Source: an uncultured Atopobium sp. (GTDB taxonomy: Bacteria; Actinomycetota; Coriobacteriia; Coriobacteriales; Atopobiaceae). From it: a stretch of DNA of 64,000 nt. This document shows positions 9,837 through 19,874 of this stretch, in pieces; the first letter of the stretch is position 1; each line of letters starts with the position of its first letter. The notes beneath the pieces are model-generated. The model was not told the DNA's origin, did not search any database, and saw nothing but the letters and a program-made list of their open reading frames with translations. The position numbers and the translations under genes are program-made. The DNA is taken from assembly GCA_937997345.1 (NCBI GenBank), contig CALKTD010000009.1, positions 66,493 through 130,492 of the forward strand. The letters are read 5' to 3'.

Positions 9837-12635
9837 ATGGCAAACGAGTACAAAAAGACTACCAACCTGCCAAACACAGGCTTTCCTATGCGCGCATCAC
9901 TTGCGCAGAACGAGCCTCAGCGTTTGGCTGATTGGGACCAAAACAACGTCTATGAGCTCCTGATGAAGAAGAATGAGGGACATGACAAGTTTGTCCTTCA
10001 TGATGGACCTCCTTATGCAAACGGTCCAATTCACCTGGGTCACGCACAGAATAAGATTTCCAAGGACATCATCAACCGCTATAAGGCTATGCAGGGCTTC
10101 CAGACTCCTTATGTTCCTGGTTGGGACTGCCATGGTCAGCCAATCGAGCACAAGGTTGAGCAGATGCTTGGTACAGAGAAGTTCAATCAGTTATCTACCG
10201 AGAAGATCCGTGAGCTTTGCCGCAAGATGGCGGTTGAGCAGGTAGATACCCAGCGTCAGGGTTTTAAGCGTCTTGGTGTTTTGGGCGAGTGGGATAACCC
10301 TTATCTCACTTACGTCAACGATTACGACGCAACGGATGTTGAGATCTTCAAGGCAATCTATGACAAGGGTTCTGTTTATAGAGGAACCAAACCTGTTCAC
10401 TGGTGTACTCATGATCACACCGCTCTCTCTGAGGCTGAGATTGAGTATCACGATGTCACTTCTACTGCAATTTTTGTTCGCTTTGAGCTAACTACTGTTC
10501 CTGAGGGTCTTGAGGCTTACGCAGGCAAGACTTGGGTAGATATCTGGACTACAACTCCATGGACAATGCCTGCTGACGAGGCAGTTATTCTGCATCCAGA
10601 GGCTAACTATGTTGCTCTTGAGCTTCCTGATGGACATGTTGAGATTGTCGCTGAGGCTCTTGCAGAGAAGGCTGCTACTAAGTTTGGCTATACCGACTGG
10701 AAGCTTGCTCAGGACTCAGAAGGTAATACTTGGAAGAAAACTGGCGTTGAGCTTGCAGGTAACGAGTACAAGCAGCCTATCTTTGGTGATCTTGGTAACA
10801 CGGGCAAGTTTATTTACGCTGAGTACGTTACCCTTGACGACGGTACTGGTGTTGTTCACTCCGCACCTGGTCACGGTGTAGACGACTATAACGCTGGTGT
10901 TCGCTTTGATATTCCACAGACCATGCCTGTTGATGATGACGGCCACTTCTTTAAGGGTGACGGTCAGGGCACTGGTGGCCCCTTCTCTGGTATGGAGGTC
11001 AATGAGGCTAACCCTGTCATTGTTCAGTGGCTTAAAGACCGCGGTACGCTCATTCTTGCAGAAGAGATTACCCACAGTTACCCACACTGCTGGCGTTGTA
11101 AAGAGCCTGTTATTTTCCGCGCCACAAGCCAGTGGTTTGTCTCCATGGATAAGACTGGTCTGCGTCAGCAGGCAGCAGAGGAGCTTACTAAGGTTAAGTT
11201 CTATCCTGCAAACGCGGTAAAGCGTATTGGTTCTATGGTTGAAGGCCGCCCTGACTGGTGTATTTCCAGGCAGCGTAACTGGGGTGTTCCAATCCCTGCT
11301 TTCACCTGTGAGGACTGTGGTGAGACCGTAATCAATGACCAGACACTTGACGCTGTCATCAAGCTTTTCCGCGAGAAGGGCTCTGATGCTTGGTTCACCG
11401 ATGATCCTAAGACCTATTTAGGTGACGCTTGCGTCTGTCCTAAGTGTGGCGGCCACAATCTCAAGGCAAACAAGGATATTTTGGATGTTTGGTGGGATTC
11501 TGGTGTTTCTCACACGGCTGTTTGCAAACACCGTCCAAACCTTAAGTTCCCAGCTGATATGTATCTTGAGGGTTCCGACCAGCACCGTGGTTGGTTCATG
11601 AGTTCTCTTATGACTTCTGTTGGAGCTTACGGAGTTGCTCCTTACAAGTCTGTTGTCTCACAGGGCTTTACGCTTGATGGCCAGGGACGCAAGATGAGTA
11701 AGTCTCTGGGCAATGTCATTGATCCAAATGCCGTTTGTGCTGAACGTGGCGCAGACGTCCTACGCCTTTGGGTTGCTTCTGTTGACACTTCAACTGACGT
11801 TCCTTGCGATGACGCCATTCTTTCCCAGGTAGGCGATGCATACCGTAGGTTCAGAAACACCCTGCGTTTCCTTCTTGGCGAGCTCGAGGGCCAGTTTGAT
11901 CCTGCTACCGATGCAGTTGCTGTAGCGGATCTTGAAGAGTACGACCGTCTTGTTCTTGCACGTATGTGCGAGGTTCATGCTGCAGTCACTGAGGCTTACG
12001 AGGGATATCGCTTTAATAACGTCTTCCGTACCCTCTACGATTACATCATTGAGCTTTCCAACGGTTATTTGAACGCAACTAAGGACCGTATGTACTGCGA
12101 TGCTGCAGATTCTGCAACACGCAGAAGCGCTCAGACTGTTTGGGCAGAGATTCTCTCCATGCTTGTTCATGACCTGCAGCCAATTCTGGTTTACACCACC
12201 GACGAGGCTATGCAGTTCCTGCCAGAGTCTATGCGTGACGGTCAGAAGTACGCAGCTCTTCTCGACTGGTATAAGGCTCCTATGAGCACTGATGAGTATA
12301 CTGCACTGCTTCCTGCATATCAGGTACTGGTTGATGCTCGCGCCGCATACACTAAGGCATACGAGACCGCTCTTGAGGCAGGTGTTGTTACCGAGAAGAC
12401 TACGCAGGCTACTCGTGCAGAGGTTACCCTTACCGCTGAGCAGACTGCATCCATTTCTCATGCTGGCCTTGACTTTGCTGAGGCATTTGTCTGCTCTGAG
12501 GTTACCGTCTCCGAAGGTTCTGAGCTGAGCGTAAGCGTCTATCCTGCAAACGGCGAGCGCTGTGACCGTTGCTGGAACTATCGCGAGCTTGGTGAGGATC
12601 ACCTTTGCCACCGCTGCCACGACGTTGTTGCGTAA
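9837..12635 (+). CDS. ileS: Isoleucine--tRNA ligase
   Basis: HIGH motif PYANGPIHLGHA, KMSKS motif GRKMSKSLGN, and a C-terminal Cys cluster CDRCWNY...CHRCH. I chose the ATG at 9837 (MANEYKK, GAAAGG RBS) because the longer ORF-track start at 9753 lies inside the T-box RNA. Confidence 0.96.
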   Translation: MANEYKKTTNLPNTGFPMRASLAQNEPQRLADWDQNNVYELLMKKNEGHDKFVLHDGPPYANGPIHLGHAQNKISKDIINRYKAMQGFQTPYVPGWDCHGQPIEHKVEQMLGTEKFNQLSTEKIRELCRKMAVEQVDTQRQGFKRLGVLGEWDNPYLTYVNDYDATDVEIFKAIYDKGSVYRGTKPVHWCTHDHTALSEAEIEYHDVTSTAIFVRFELTTVPEGLEAYAGKTWVDIWTTTPWTMPADEAVILHPEANYVALELPDGHVEIVAEALAEKAATKFGYTDWKLAQDSEGNTWKKTGVELAGNEYKQPIFGDLGNTGKFIYAEYVTLDDGTGVVHSAPGHGVDDYNAGVRFDIPQTMPVDDDGHFFKGDGQGTGGPFSGMEVNEANPVIVQWLKDRGTLILAEEITHSYPHCWRCKEPVIFRATSQWFVSMDKTGLRQQAAEELTKVKFYPANAVKRIGSMVEGRPDWCISRQRNWGVPIPAFTCEDCGETVINDQTLDAVIKLFREKGSDAWFTDDPKTYLGDACVCPKCGGHNLKANKDILDVWWDSGVSHTAVCKHRPNLKFPADMYLEGSDQHRGWFMSSLMTSVGAYGVAPYKSVVSQGFTLDGQGRKMSKSLGNVIDPNAVCAERGADVLRLWVASVDTSTDVPCDDAILSQVGDAYRRFRNTLRFLLGELEGQFDPATDAVAVADLEEYDRLVLARMCEVHAAVTEAYEGYRFNNVFRTLYDYIIELSNGYLNATKDRMYCDAADSATRRSAQTVWAEILSMLVHDLQPILVYTTDEAMQFLPESMRDGQKYAALLDWYKAPMSTDEYTALLPAYQVLVDARAAYTKAYETALEAGVVTEKTTQATRAEVTLTAEQTASISHAGLDFAEAFVCSEVTVSEGSELSVSVYPANGERCDRCWNYRELGEDHLCHRCHDVVA

Positions 12636-13154
12636 ATGAACACTGATCAGCAGCAACATATAACTCACACACTAGTGACCCGCCTTGCAGTTCTCTGCGG
12701 GGCGGGCGCTGTTGCCTGTGTGCTTGACCAGGTAACCAAGCTCTGGGTACGAACCTCAATTCCAGAGGGAACCGCAGTACCTTTCATCCCAGGTGTTATG
12801 GAGCTCTTCCACGTAAGTAACACCGGTGCAGCGTTTTCTGTGGGCTCTGGAAATGCCCTCTTTTTTGTGGCTCTCACTGCCGTGGTTATCGCCGCTCTTG
12901 TGGGCTTTGTAGTTCGCGAGAAGAACCTCCCGCTGCCGCTTATTGCGCTTTTGGGAGGCGTCGCAGGTGGCGGAATTGGTAACGCTATCGACCGTGTTTT
13001 GTATGGTCAGGTTACTGATTTCTTTGCTACAACGTTTGTTAATTTTGCCGTGTTTAATGTGGCGGATATCTTTGTAACCTGTGGCATTCTTATTGCTTTT
13101 GTGTACTGGATAATCTGGGACAAAAAGCAACAGCAGGGTAGTGGCAATGAATGA
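12636..13154 (+). CDS. lspA: Lipoprotein signal peptidase II
   Basis: Motifs NTGAAFS, GNAIDRV and FNVADIFV, with four hydrophobic helices. It directly follows ileS. Confidence 0.9.
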   Translation: MNTDQQQHITHTLVTRLAVLCGAGAVACVLDQVTKLWVRTSIPEGTAVPFIPGVMELFHVSNTGAAFSVGSGNALFFVALTAVVIAALVGFVVREKNLPLPLIALLGGVAGGGIGNAIDRVLYGQVTDFFATTFVNFAVFNVADIFVTCGILIAFVYWIIWDKKQQQGSGNE

Positions 13155-14157
13155 GCGTATCGTTGACATACTAGTTGGACCAGAAGGGGACGGCGTCAGA
13201 TTAGATGCGTTCCTTTCTGCCCAAGATACACTTCCCTCAAGAAGTGCCTGCGCAAAGCTGGTAGAAGAGGGAAGAGTAACCATCAACGCTACGCTTGCTA
13301 CCTCTAAGTCAGAAAAACTTATGTTGGGCGATAGACTCTTAGTGTCTCTTCCAGACGCACAGCCTCAAACGGGGCTTTTACGTCCAAACCCAGATATTCC
13401 CCTTGATATTCGCTTCGAGGACCAGTACCTCATAGTGCTCTCCAAGCAGATTGGCCTTGTTTGCCACCCATCTCCTGGTCATGTTGATGATACTCTGGCA
13501 AATGCGCTGGTAGCACACTGTGGCTACGAGCACTTAGGAATGCTTCAGGGAGAAGAACGTCCTGGTATTGTGCATCGTCTTGATATGGATACGTCTGGTC
13601 TTATGCTGGCAGCAAAGTCAGACGAGGCGCAAAAGGCTCTTCAAGACCTCATTAGGCTGCGCGTGCTTGACCGACGCTACATTGTGCTGGTGCAAGGCTA
13701 TGTTGCCCACGATTCTGGCACCATTGAAACGGGCATTGCTCGCTCAACGCGAGATCGTCTCAAAATGACCGTATCAGACGCGCCTGGCTCGCGAGAGGCC
13801 ATTACCACCTTTAGAACGCTTGAGCGCTTTGAAGCGGGCAGAAAAGGCGAGGGCTACTCGCTTCTAGAGTGCCACCTCTATACAGGTCGTACACATCAGA
13901 TTAGAGTTCACATGCGCCACATTGGCCATCCTGTTGTCGGCGATCAGCTCTACGGTAAAAAAGATACAAGCCTTAACCTTGGCCTTAACAGGCAGTTTTT
14001 ACACTCCTGGCACGTTCAGTTTGAGCACCCTTTTACGGGCGAGAATATCGTGGTAGCAGATACACTACCAAAAGACCTGCAAAAAGCCCTACTCTCTCAG
14101 AGCACTATGTCTATGGGAAGGACTTCTGTAGGAGATGAGATTTGTCCACAGCTGTAA
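13141..14157 (+). CDS. rluD: RluA/RluD-family 23S rRNA pseudouridine synthase
   Basis: S4-like N-terminus, catalytic motif HRLDMDTSGLMLAAK, and YTGRTHQIRVHM. Confidence 0.9.
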   Translation: MAMNERIVDILVGPEGDGVRLDAFLSAQDTLPSRSACAKLVEEGRVTINATLATSKSEKLMLGDRLLVSLPDAQPQTGLLRPNPDIPLDIRFEDQYLIVLSKQIGLVCHPSPGHVDDTLANALVAHCGYEHLGMLQGEERPGIVHRLDMDTSGLMLAAKSDEAQKALQDLIRLRVLDRRYIVLVQGYVAHDSGTIETGIARSTRDRLKMTVSDAPGSREAITTFRTLERFEAGRKGEGYSLLECHLYTGRTHQIRVHMRHIGHPVVGDQLYGKKDTSLNLGLNRQFLHSWHVQFEHPFTGENIVVADTLPKDLQKALLSQSTMSMGRTSVGDEICPQL

Positions 14158-14162
14158 TATGA

Positions 14163-14984
14163 CTAAAAAGTTTCGCTTCTCATTTCACGTGGTGTAAGAG
14201 AAAAGTAGTCTTTAAATTTCCTATAAAACTCTGTTGTTCCACCATAGCCAATCATTGAAGAAATAGTAGAGACAGGCAATTTGGTATGAATTAACAGCGT
14301 TTTTGCTCGTTCCATTCTTTGTTCTAAAACAAGTTCAGAAAAAGTCTTGCCACATTTTTGTCTGAGAAGTTCAGAGAGATAAGTTGGTGTATATGAGTAT
14401 TTTTCTGAAAGTTTAGCAAGTGTAATACTTTCTGAATGAGCAGTAATTTCATTAAGGATAAGAGCGACCGTCTCATTAGTATTACCTGGAGTGAACGTAT
14501 AGTGAGCATCAGGAGAAAGGCAGGTAATAAGCGCTATAAGTAAGGAAGTAATTATAGCTTCCCAATTTGGTTTTCTCTCGGAATAGGTAATGATTATCTG
14601 AGTATAAAGTGTATAAATTTGTTCAATATCAGCTGGATGAACATTTTGCGGCAGTGTATTTTTATTTGATATAAGGTTTGTAGTAAAAGTAAAGAAATCT
14701 TCTGATGAAGGCATTAGAAAGAAAAGAAAACTTCCAAAATAGTTTTTACGAGCAAGTATTGAGAGACTCACAATGTCGTCTCCATAAGGTTTTGTAGAAA
14801 ATTGGCCTAAATTTGTTAAATCAAAAGCAGAAGTGAGTGTAAAAAATCCTCTGATATGAGGGTTAGCAGATTCTTCTGTTTCGTAGTGTGCACTTAAAAT
14901 GACATTTGAAGCACCGCCTTGAGCAAGAGACTTTCCATTGGAAAGTATGTTTTGAAGTGCTTGAGTTAGTCGCTTTTCGCTCAT
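14163..14984 (-). CDS. AraC-family transcriptional regulator
   Basis: The C-terminal double HTH is YTPTYLSELLRQKCGKTFSELVLEQRMERAKTLL...IGYGGTTEFYRKFKDYFSLTPREMR. The ATG at 14984 has a GAAAGG RBS 6 nt upstream, whereas the ORF-track start at 15017 is a TTG. The gene is very AT-rich. Confidence 0.8.
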   Translation of the reverse strand: MSEKRLTQALQNILSNGKSLAQGGASNVILSAHYETEESANPHIRGFFTLTSAFDLTNLGQFSTKPYGDDIVSLSILARKNYFGSFLFFLMPSSEDFFTFTTNLISNKNTLPQNVHPADIEQIYTLYTQIIITYSERKPNWEAIITSLLIALITCLSPDAHYTFTPGNTNETVALILNEITAHSESITLAKLSEKYSYTPTYLSELLRQKCGKTFSELVLEQRMERAKTLLIHTKLPVSTISSMIGYGGTTEFYRKFKDYFSLTPREMRSETF

Positions 14985-15167
14985 AATCAGCCTTTCAACG
15001 GTATTTTCCTGCGTCAAATTATAGGGTGATAACGCAATTTTATACGAGAAACCCGCCTTTAACCTTAAAGAATCTATTAAGTTCTTATTCTATAAGTGCA
15101 GGTAATTAATGTTTTGGAAAGGAGGCTGAATTACTTACTGCGTTTTTAAGCTAATGATATTTTGGAA

Positions 15168-16760
15168 ATGATGAGTATGAATAATCGTCTCTCTCACTTA
15201 TTTGTTATACGAAAACATATGCTTCTATCTGCCCTTGGTTTGGCAATTGGATATATTGCTGTTGCAATGCTGGGTATTTTTACAGGCGATTTAATTGATA
15301 GTATGCTTAATGTGCAAATCGTTGACGGTGTTTGGCAAAAGCTAGGGCTGTTGTTGCTCCTTTCGCTTGTAACGCTTTGCTTAAGTTTTTTTCTCACTGT
15401 TTGGATTCCACAAAAGCTCAATTTAGAAGCTGCGGTTGCTAGTTCTGAGGTAGCGATATCGGAATTCTTAAAGATGTCTCTTCGTGTTTTTCAAAAAAAT
15501 AAAACCGGACACTATCTTAATGTAGTCACTATGGCAGCCTTTGTCTTTAGTGGTGTTCAAATTGCAGTAAGTGTTGAATTTTTAGGTGGTCTTTTAGCAG
15601 TTATTGTTTTGGCAATTGTGGCATTTACGGTAAATCCATGGATTGGTTTGCTTGTCTTGCTATATATCCCTTTTTACTTGGTGATTATTGATTATCCGAG
15701 CAAGAAAACAAATGAGATTTTGACCGAGTCAATGAAAAAACGAGAAGGCTGGCTGGATATCGGTAGGCGCATAATTGAGGAAAAGTTCTCGATTAATGTG
15801 CTCCGAGCAGAGAACTATTTTGAAAATGCTTACAAGGCAGCTAATGATGAGTATTTCCTCTATGTAAAAAGAAGTAGTTTTTTCAGTGCTTTATCAAAGA
15901 GCCTTCCATCAGCGCTTTCAAATTTCACGCAAGTCATAGCCATAATTACAGGTGTTATGCTGTTTTCTATAGGTCAGATGAGTGTTGGAGAGATTTTAGC
16001 CGCCTATCTGATTTTGTCAGTATTAAGCGAACCGCTTGATACGGTTTGTTCTGTTAAAAGCTCATATCTTGCTGCAAAAGCGGATATTGATGTTTATCTT
16101 GAGCACGAGAAAGAATCCCAAGAGCCTTCAGGTTATGAGAAGCTTTGGAATTCTTCACTTAAACCAGCTGTAAAGATAGGAGAGGGAACTCTTTTAGCTA
16201 CTCCAGAAGGACCAGAACTTTTCCATACACAAGCTCTCAGCATTCCACAAGGATCTCTCGTGGTGATAAGAGGTTCCAATGGTTCAGGCAAGTCTTCTTT
16301 CGTAGATCTTTTGGCAGGCTGCTCTGATCCATCACTATTCAGTGGTGATTTAGAGCTTTCGGATGATTTTAAAGACTGTTCTCGTTTTGCTCGTCCGGTA
16401 CCTCTTGTAGAAGGAAGCCTTGCTGACAATATGTTTGGAGAAAAGATTGATCGTACGGTTTACAACTTGCTCGATTTCTCCTCTCTTGAGATGCATACTT
16501 TTGACGGAAAAGAGGAGTCCGTTTCTTTGGGTGAGCGACAAAAAATTGGTCTTTTGAGAGCTCTATCCAGAAAACAAGGGGCACTTGTTTTGGATGAACC
16601 TCTACAGAATTTAGATGCGCCAACAGCTCAGAGGCTTTGTAGATATCTCGCCAACCTCAAAGGTAGGCGGACTGTCGTGGTGATTATGCACTCCGATGAA
16701 CTAGACCAAGAAGCAGACGTTCTTCTCGATATCCAAGATGGCCAATTGCATGTGTGTTGA
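15168..16760 (+). CDS. Fused ABC exporter (TMD-NBD half-transporter) with an atypical signature motif
   Basis: The N-terminal half has ~6 hydrophobic helices. Walker A is GSNGSGKSSFVDLLAG, Walker B is ALVLDEP and the H-loop is IMHSDE. The signature reads VSLGERQK rather than LSGGQ. The start is ambiguous (15162-15177). Confidence 0.75.
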   Translation: MMSMNNRLSHLFVIRKHMLLSALGLAIGYIAVAMLGIFTGDLIDSMLNVQIVDGVWQKLGLLLLLSLVTLCLSFFLTVWIPQKLNLEAAVASSEVAISEFLKMSLRVFQKNKTGHYLNVVTMAAFVFSGVQIAVSVEFLGGLLAVIVLAIVAFTVNPWIGLLVLLYIPFYLVIIDYPSKKTNEILTESMKKREGWLDIGRRIIEEKFSINVLRAENYFENAYKAANDEYFLYVKRSSFFSALSKSLPSALSNFTQVIAIITGVMLFSIGQMSVGEILAAYLILSVLSEPLDTVCSVKSSYLAAKADIDVYLEHEKESQEPSGYEKLWNSSLKPAVKIGEGTLLATPEGPELFHTQALSIPQGSLVVIRGSNGSGKSSFVDLLAGCSDPSLFSGDLELSDDFKDCSRFARPVPLVEGSLADNMFGEKIDRTVYNLLDFSSLEMHTFDGKEESVSLGERQKIGLLRALSRKQGALVLDEPLQNLDAPTAQRLCRYLANLKGRRTVVVIMHSDELDQEADVLLDIQDGQLHVC

Positions 16761-16892
16761 TGTGGGAGAAAAATAGATTCCAAGGCATGGGCGCTTTGAC
16801 CCTTTTGTTGCGCTAAGATTGTAAGGTAATTGTTTAGCGAGAGATTTTGGCTGATAAAACATATTTGCCTTGAGTTTGGAGCGTAGGGATAT

Positions 16893-18200
16893 ATGCCATT
16901 GCAATTTAACAGACTCGGTATCACTCCAATCGTAGTTTTTAACTTTATTATCTGGCTTTTCTTTACACTCGCATACTTCTATCAGATTGTGTATATCCTT
17001 CGCGTCTTAGTTAAGGGTGAGGTAAAGCTTCCAAAGGCAAAAAAGCAGCACCGCTACGCCTTCTTTATTGCCGCTCACAACGAAGAGCCAGTTATTGGCA
17101 ATCTTGTCAGGTCTATTCTTTCTCAGGATTACCCTAGAGATTTGATGGATGTCTTTGTTGTTGCAGACGCTTGTACCGATAAAACAGCTGAAGAGGCAAG
17201 AAAAGCTGGGGCAATTACTTGGGAGAGAAATGACCTTGCTCGTAAAGGTAAGAGCTGGGTTATGGATTACGGCTTTGATCGCATTCTTAATGAGTACGGT
17301 GATAAATACGAGGCCTTCATTATCATGGATGCCGACAACCTGGTTTCTCCAAGTTACTTAAAGATTATGAATCAGGCTTTTGACGCAGGATATCTTGTCT
17401 GCACCAGTTACAGAAACTCAAAGAATTTTGATTCTAGCTGGGTAAGTTCTGCCTATGCTACCTGGTTTATGCGTGAGGCAAAGTTCTTGAATAACGCCCG
17501 CATGATGATGGGCACCAGTTGTGCAGTTTCTGGTTCCGGCTGGATGGTTTCTTCTCGCATTATTAAAGGTATGCATGGATGGGATTTCCATACCCTCACC
17601 GAGGATATTCAGTTCTCCACCTTCTGCAGCGCTCATAACATCCAAATCGGTTATGCGCCTGCAGAGTTCTTTGATGAGCAACCTTTGACTTTTAAGGCGT
17701 CATGGACACAGCGTATGCGTTGGACAAAAGGCTTCTACCAGGTATTTTTCTCGTATGGCTTTGATCTAATTAAGGGTATTTTTAAGGGTCAATTTGCTTC
17801 ATACGATATGCTGATGACCATTGCTCCAGGCATGATTTTGACGCTGCTCTCAGCCTTTATTAATGGTACTTACCTGTTGGTTGGTTATTTGAGCCACGGC
17901 TTTGTTGCTACTGACGCAGAGATTGCTATGAGTGTTGGATCTTTGGTCATGACGGTTTTCTCGATGTATGTGGTTTTCTTTGTTCTGGCGCTTATTACCA
18001 CTATCTCGGAGTACAAGCATTTCCACGTAAAGAAGAAGTGGCGTATTTTTACCAATCTCTTTACGTTCCCTATTTTTATGATGACGTATATCCCTATTAC
18101 CGTTGCGGCTTTGTTCAAAAAGGTTGAGTGGGTTCCTACTAAACATGACATTGCTGTTAACTTTGAGGATGTTATTGCTTCAAGTGGGAGTTCAAATTAA
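16893..18200 (+). CDS. Membrane-embedded family-2 glycosyltransferase (processive synthase type)
   Basis: GT-A motifs FFIAAHNEEPVIG, VVADACTD, IIMDADN, TEDIQFS and QRMRWTKG (QxxRW), with N- and C-terminal TM helices. Its size (435 aa) matches the IcaA/PgaC/NodC/HasA class. Confidence 0.85.
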   Translation: MPLQFNRLGITPIVVFNFIIWLFFTLAYFYQIVYILRVLVKGEVKLPKAKKQHRYAFFIAAHNEEPVIGNLVRSILSQDYPRDLMDVFVVADACTDKTAEEARKAGAITWERNDLARKGKSWVMDYGFDRILNEYGDKYEAFIIMDADNLVSPSYLKIMNQAFDAGYLVCTSYRNSKNFDSSWVSSAYATWFMREAKFLNNARMMMGTSCAVSGSGWMVSSRIIKGMHGWDFHTLTEDIQFSTFCSAHNIQIGYAPAEFFDEQPLTFKASWTQRMRWTKGFYQVFFSYGFDLIKGIFKGQFASYDMLMTIAPGMILTLLSAFINGTYLLVGYLSHGFVATDAEIAMSVGSLVMTVFSMYVVFFVLALITTISEYKHFHVKKKWRIFTNLFTFPIFMMTYIPITVAALFKKVEWVPTKHDIAVNFEDVIASSGSSN

Positions 18201-18275
18201 ATAATTAGCTCCACTGGTGGTACAATGCCAAAACACGTTGAGCATGACCGGTAGGTCAGGAGGGAGCCAAAAACA

Positions 18276-19799
18276 ATGGCAAAGTTCTTCGAAGGCGAAT
18301 CGCATACATTTTCTGAGTATCTTTTGGTTCCTGGCTATTCATCAGCTGAGAACATCCCTGCAAATGTTTCTTTGAAGACTCCTCTGGTAAAGTTTAAGCG
18401 TGGCGAGAAAAGCGCAATTGAGCTCAACATTCCTATGGTATCTGCAGTAATGCAGTCAGTTTCTGGTCCTCGTCTGGCAATTGCCTTAGCCCAGCAGGGC
18501 GGCATTGCCTTTATTTATGGTTCTCAGTCCGCTGAGGATGAGGCTCAGATGGTTCGTGAAGTTAAGAGCTACAAGGCAGGCTTTGTTGTTTCTGACTCAA
18601 CACTCACTCCAGAGATGACCCTTGGTGACGTGCTTGATCTTAAAGAGAAGACCGGCCACTCCACCATGCCTGTCACTGATGACGGTACTTCTCGCGGTAA
18701 GCTCGTAGGCATTGTTACTTCTCGTGACTATCGTCCTTCTCGTGATGATCGCTCTAAGCTGGTATCTGAGTTTATGACTCCAGCTGATAAGCTTATTACC
18801 GCAGCTGAGGATACCACCCTTAAAGAGGCAAATGATCTTATCTGGGACAATAAGCTCAACACCCTTCCTATTGTCGATAAGAACGGTCACCTGGTCAGCC
18901 TTGTATTCCGCAAGGATTATGATTCCCACAAGTCTGCTCCAGATGAGCTTCTTGATGACTCTAAGCGCTACATGGTTGGCGCTGGTATTAATACTCGTGA
19001 CTATGAAACCCGCGTTCCCCTGCTTGTTGATGCAGGCGCTGATGTTTTATGCATTGACTCTTCTGAGGGTTATTCCGAGTGGCAGAAGCGCACGCTTGAG
19101 TGGGTTCGTGCAACTTACGGTGATTCCGTCAAGATTGGCGCAGGTAACGTTGTAGATGCTGAGGGCTTCCGCTTCTTGGCAGAGGTTGGCGCTGACTTTA
19201 TCAAGATTGGTATCGGTGGCGGTTCTATCTGCATCACTCGTGAGCAGAAGGGCATTGGTCGTGGTCAGGCAACCTCTGTCATTGATGTTGCTCGCGCTCG
19301 TGATGAGTACTTTGAGGAGACTGGCATCTATATCCCAATCTGCTCTGACGGTGGAATTGTCTACGACTATCACATGACTTTGGCCCTTGCTATGGGTTCT
19401 GACTTCATGATGCTTGGTCGTTACTTTGCTCGCTTTGATGAGAGCCCTTCTGACCGCGTTATTGTTAACGGCTCTTACATGAAGGAATACTGGGGCGAGG
19501 GTTCTGCACGTGCTCGCAACTGGCAGCGCTATGACCTTGGCGGCAATAAGCGCGGTCTTTCCTTTGTTGAGGGCGTTGATTCCTACGTTCCATACGCGGG
19601 TCCTTTGAAGGATGGCGTTGATGCATCGCTTTTGAAGGTCAAGTCCACCATGTGCAATTGCGGTGCACTTGATATTTCAGAACTCCGTGATAAGGCAAAG
19701 ATTACGCTTGTCTCTTCAACTTCAATTGTTGAGGGCGGCGCACACGATGTCTTGCTGAAAGATTCAAACCAGCAGGTCAGCTATAATTTCCGTTCATAA
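18276..19799 (+). CDS. guaB: IMP dehydrogenase
   Basis: Catalytic loop [15 protein letters not shown], an inserted CBS pair, and GEGSARA...[10 protein letters not shown]. Confidence 0.95.
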   Translation: MAKFFEGESHTFSEYLLVPGYSSAENIPANVSLKTPLVKFKRGEKSAIELNIPMVSAVMQSVSGPRLAIALAQQGGIAFIYGSQSAEDEAQMVREVKSYKAGFVVSDSTLTPEMTLGDVLDLKEKTGHSTMPVTDDGTSRGKLVGIVTSRDYRPSRDDRSKLVSEFMTPADKLITAAEDTTLKEANDLIWDNKLNTLPIVDKNGHLVSLVFRKDYDSHKSAPDELLDDSKRYMVGAGINTRDYETRVPLLVDAGADVLCIDSSEGYSEWQKRTLEWVRATYGDSVKIGAGNVVDAEGFRFLAEVGADFIKIGIGGGSICITREQKGIGRGQATSVIDVARARDEYFEETGIYIPICSDGGIVYDYHMTLALAMGSDFMMLGRYFARFDESPSDRVIVNGSYMKEYWGEGSARARNWQRYDLGGNKRGLSFVEGVDSYVPYAGPLKDGVDASLLKVKSTMCNCGALDISELRDKAKITLVSSTSIVEGGAHDVLLKDSNQQVSYNFRS

Positions 19800-19823
19800 C
19801 TCACAGGATGTATGGACTACGAG

Positions 19824-19850
19824 CGTCACCAAGTATTTTGCTTGGTGACG
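19824..19850 (+). other. Perfect 10-bp stem-loop between guaB and leuS
   Basis: CGTCACCAAG-tattttg-CTTGGTGACG with no U-tract after it. It lies inside the 5' extension of the ORF-track leuS model. Confidence 0.4.
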
Positions 19851-19874
19851 CATCGCTATAAGAAAGGGGAACTC

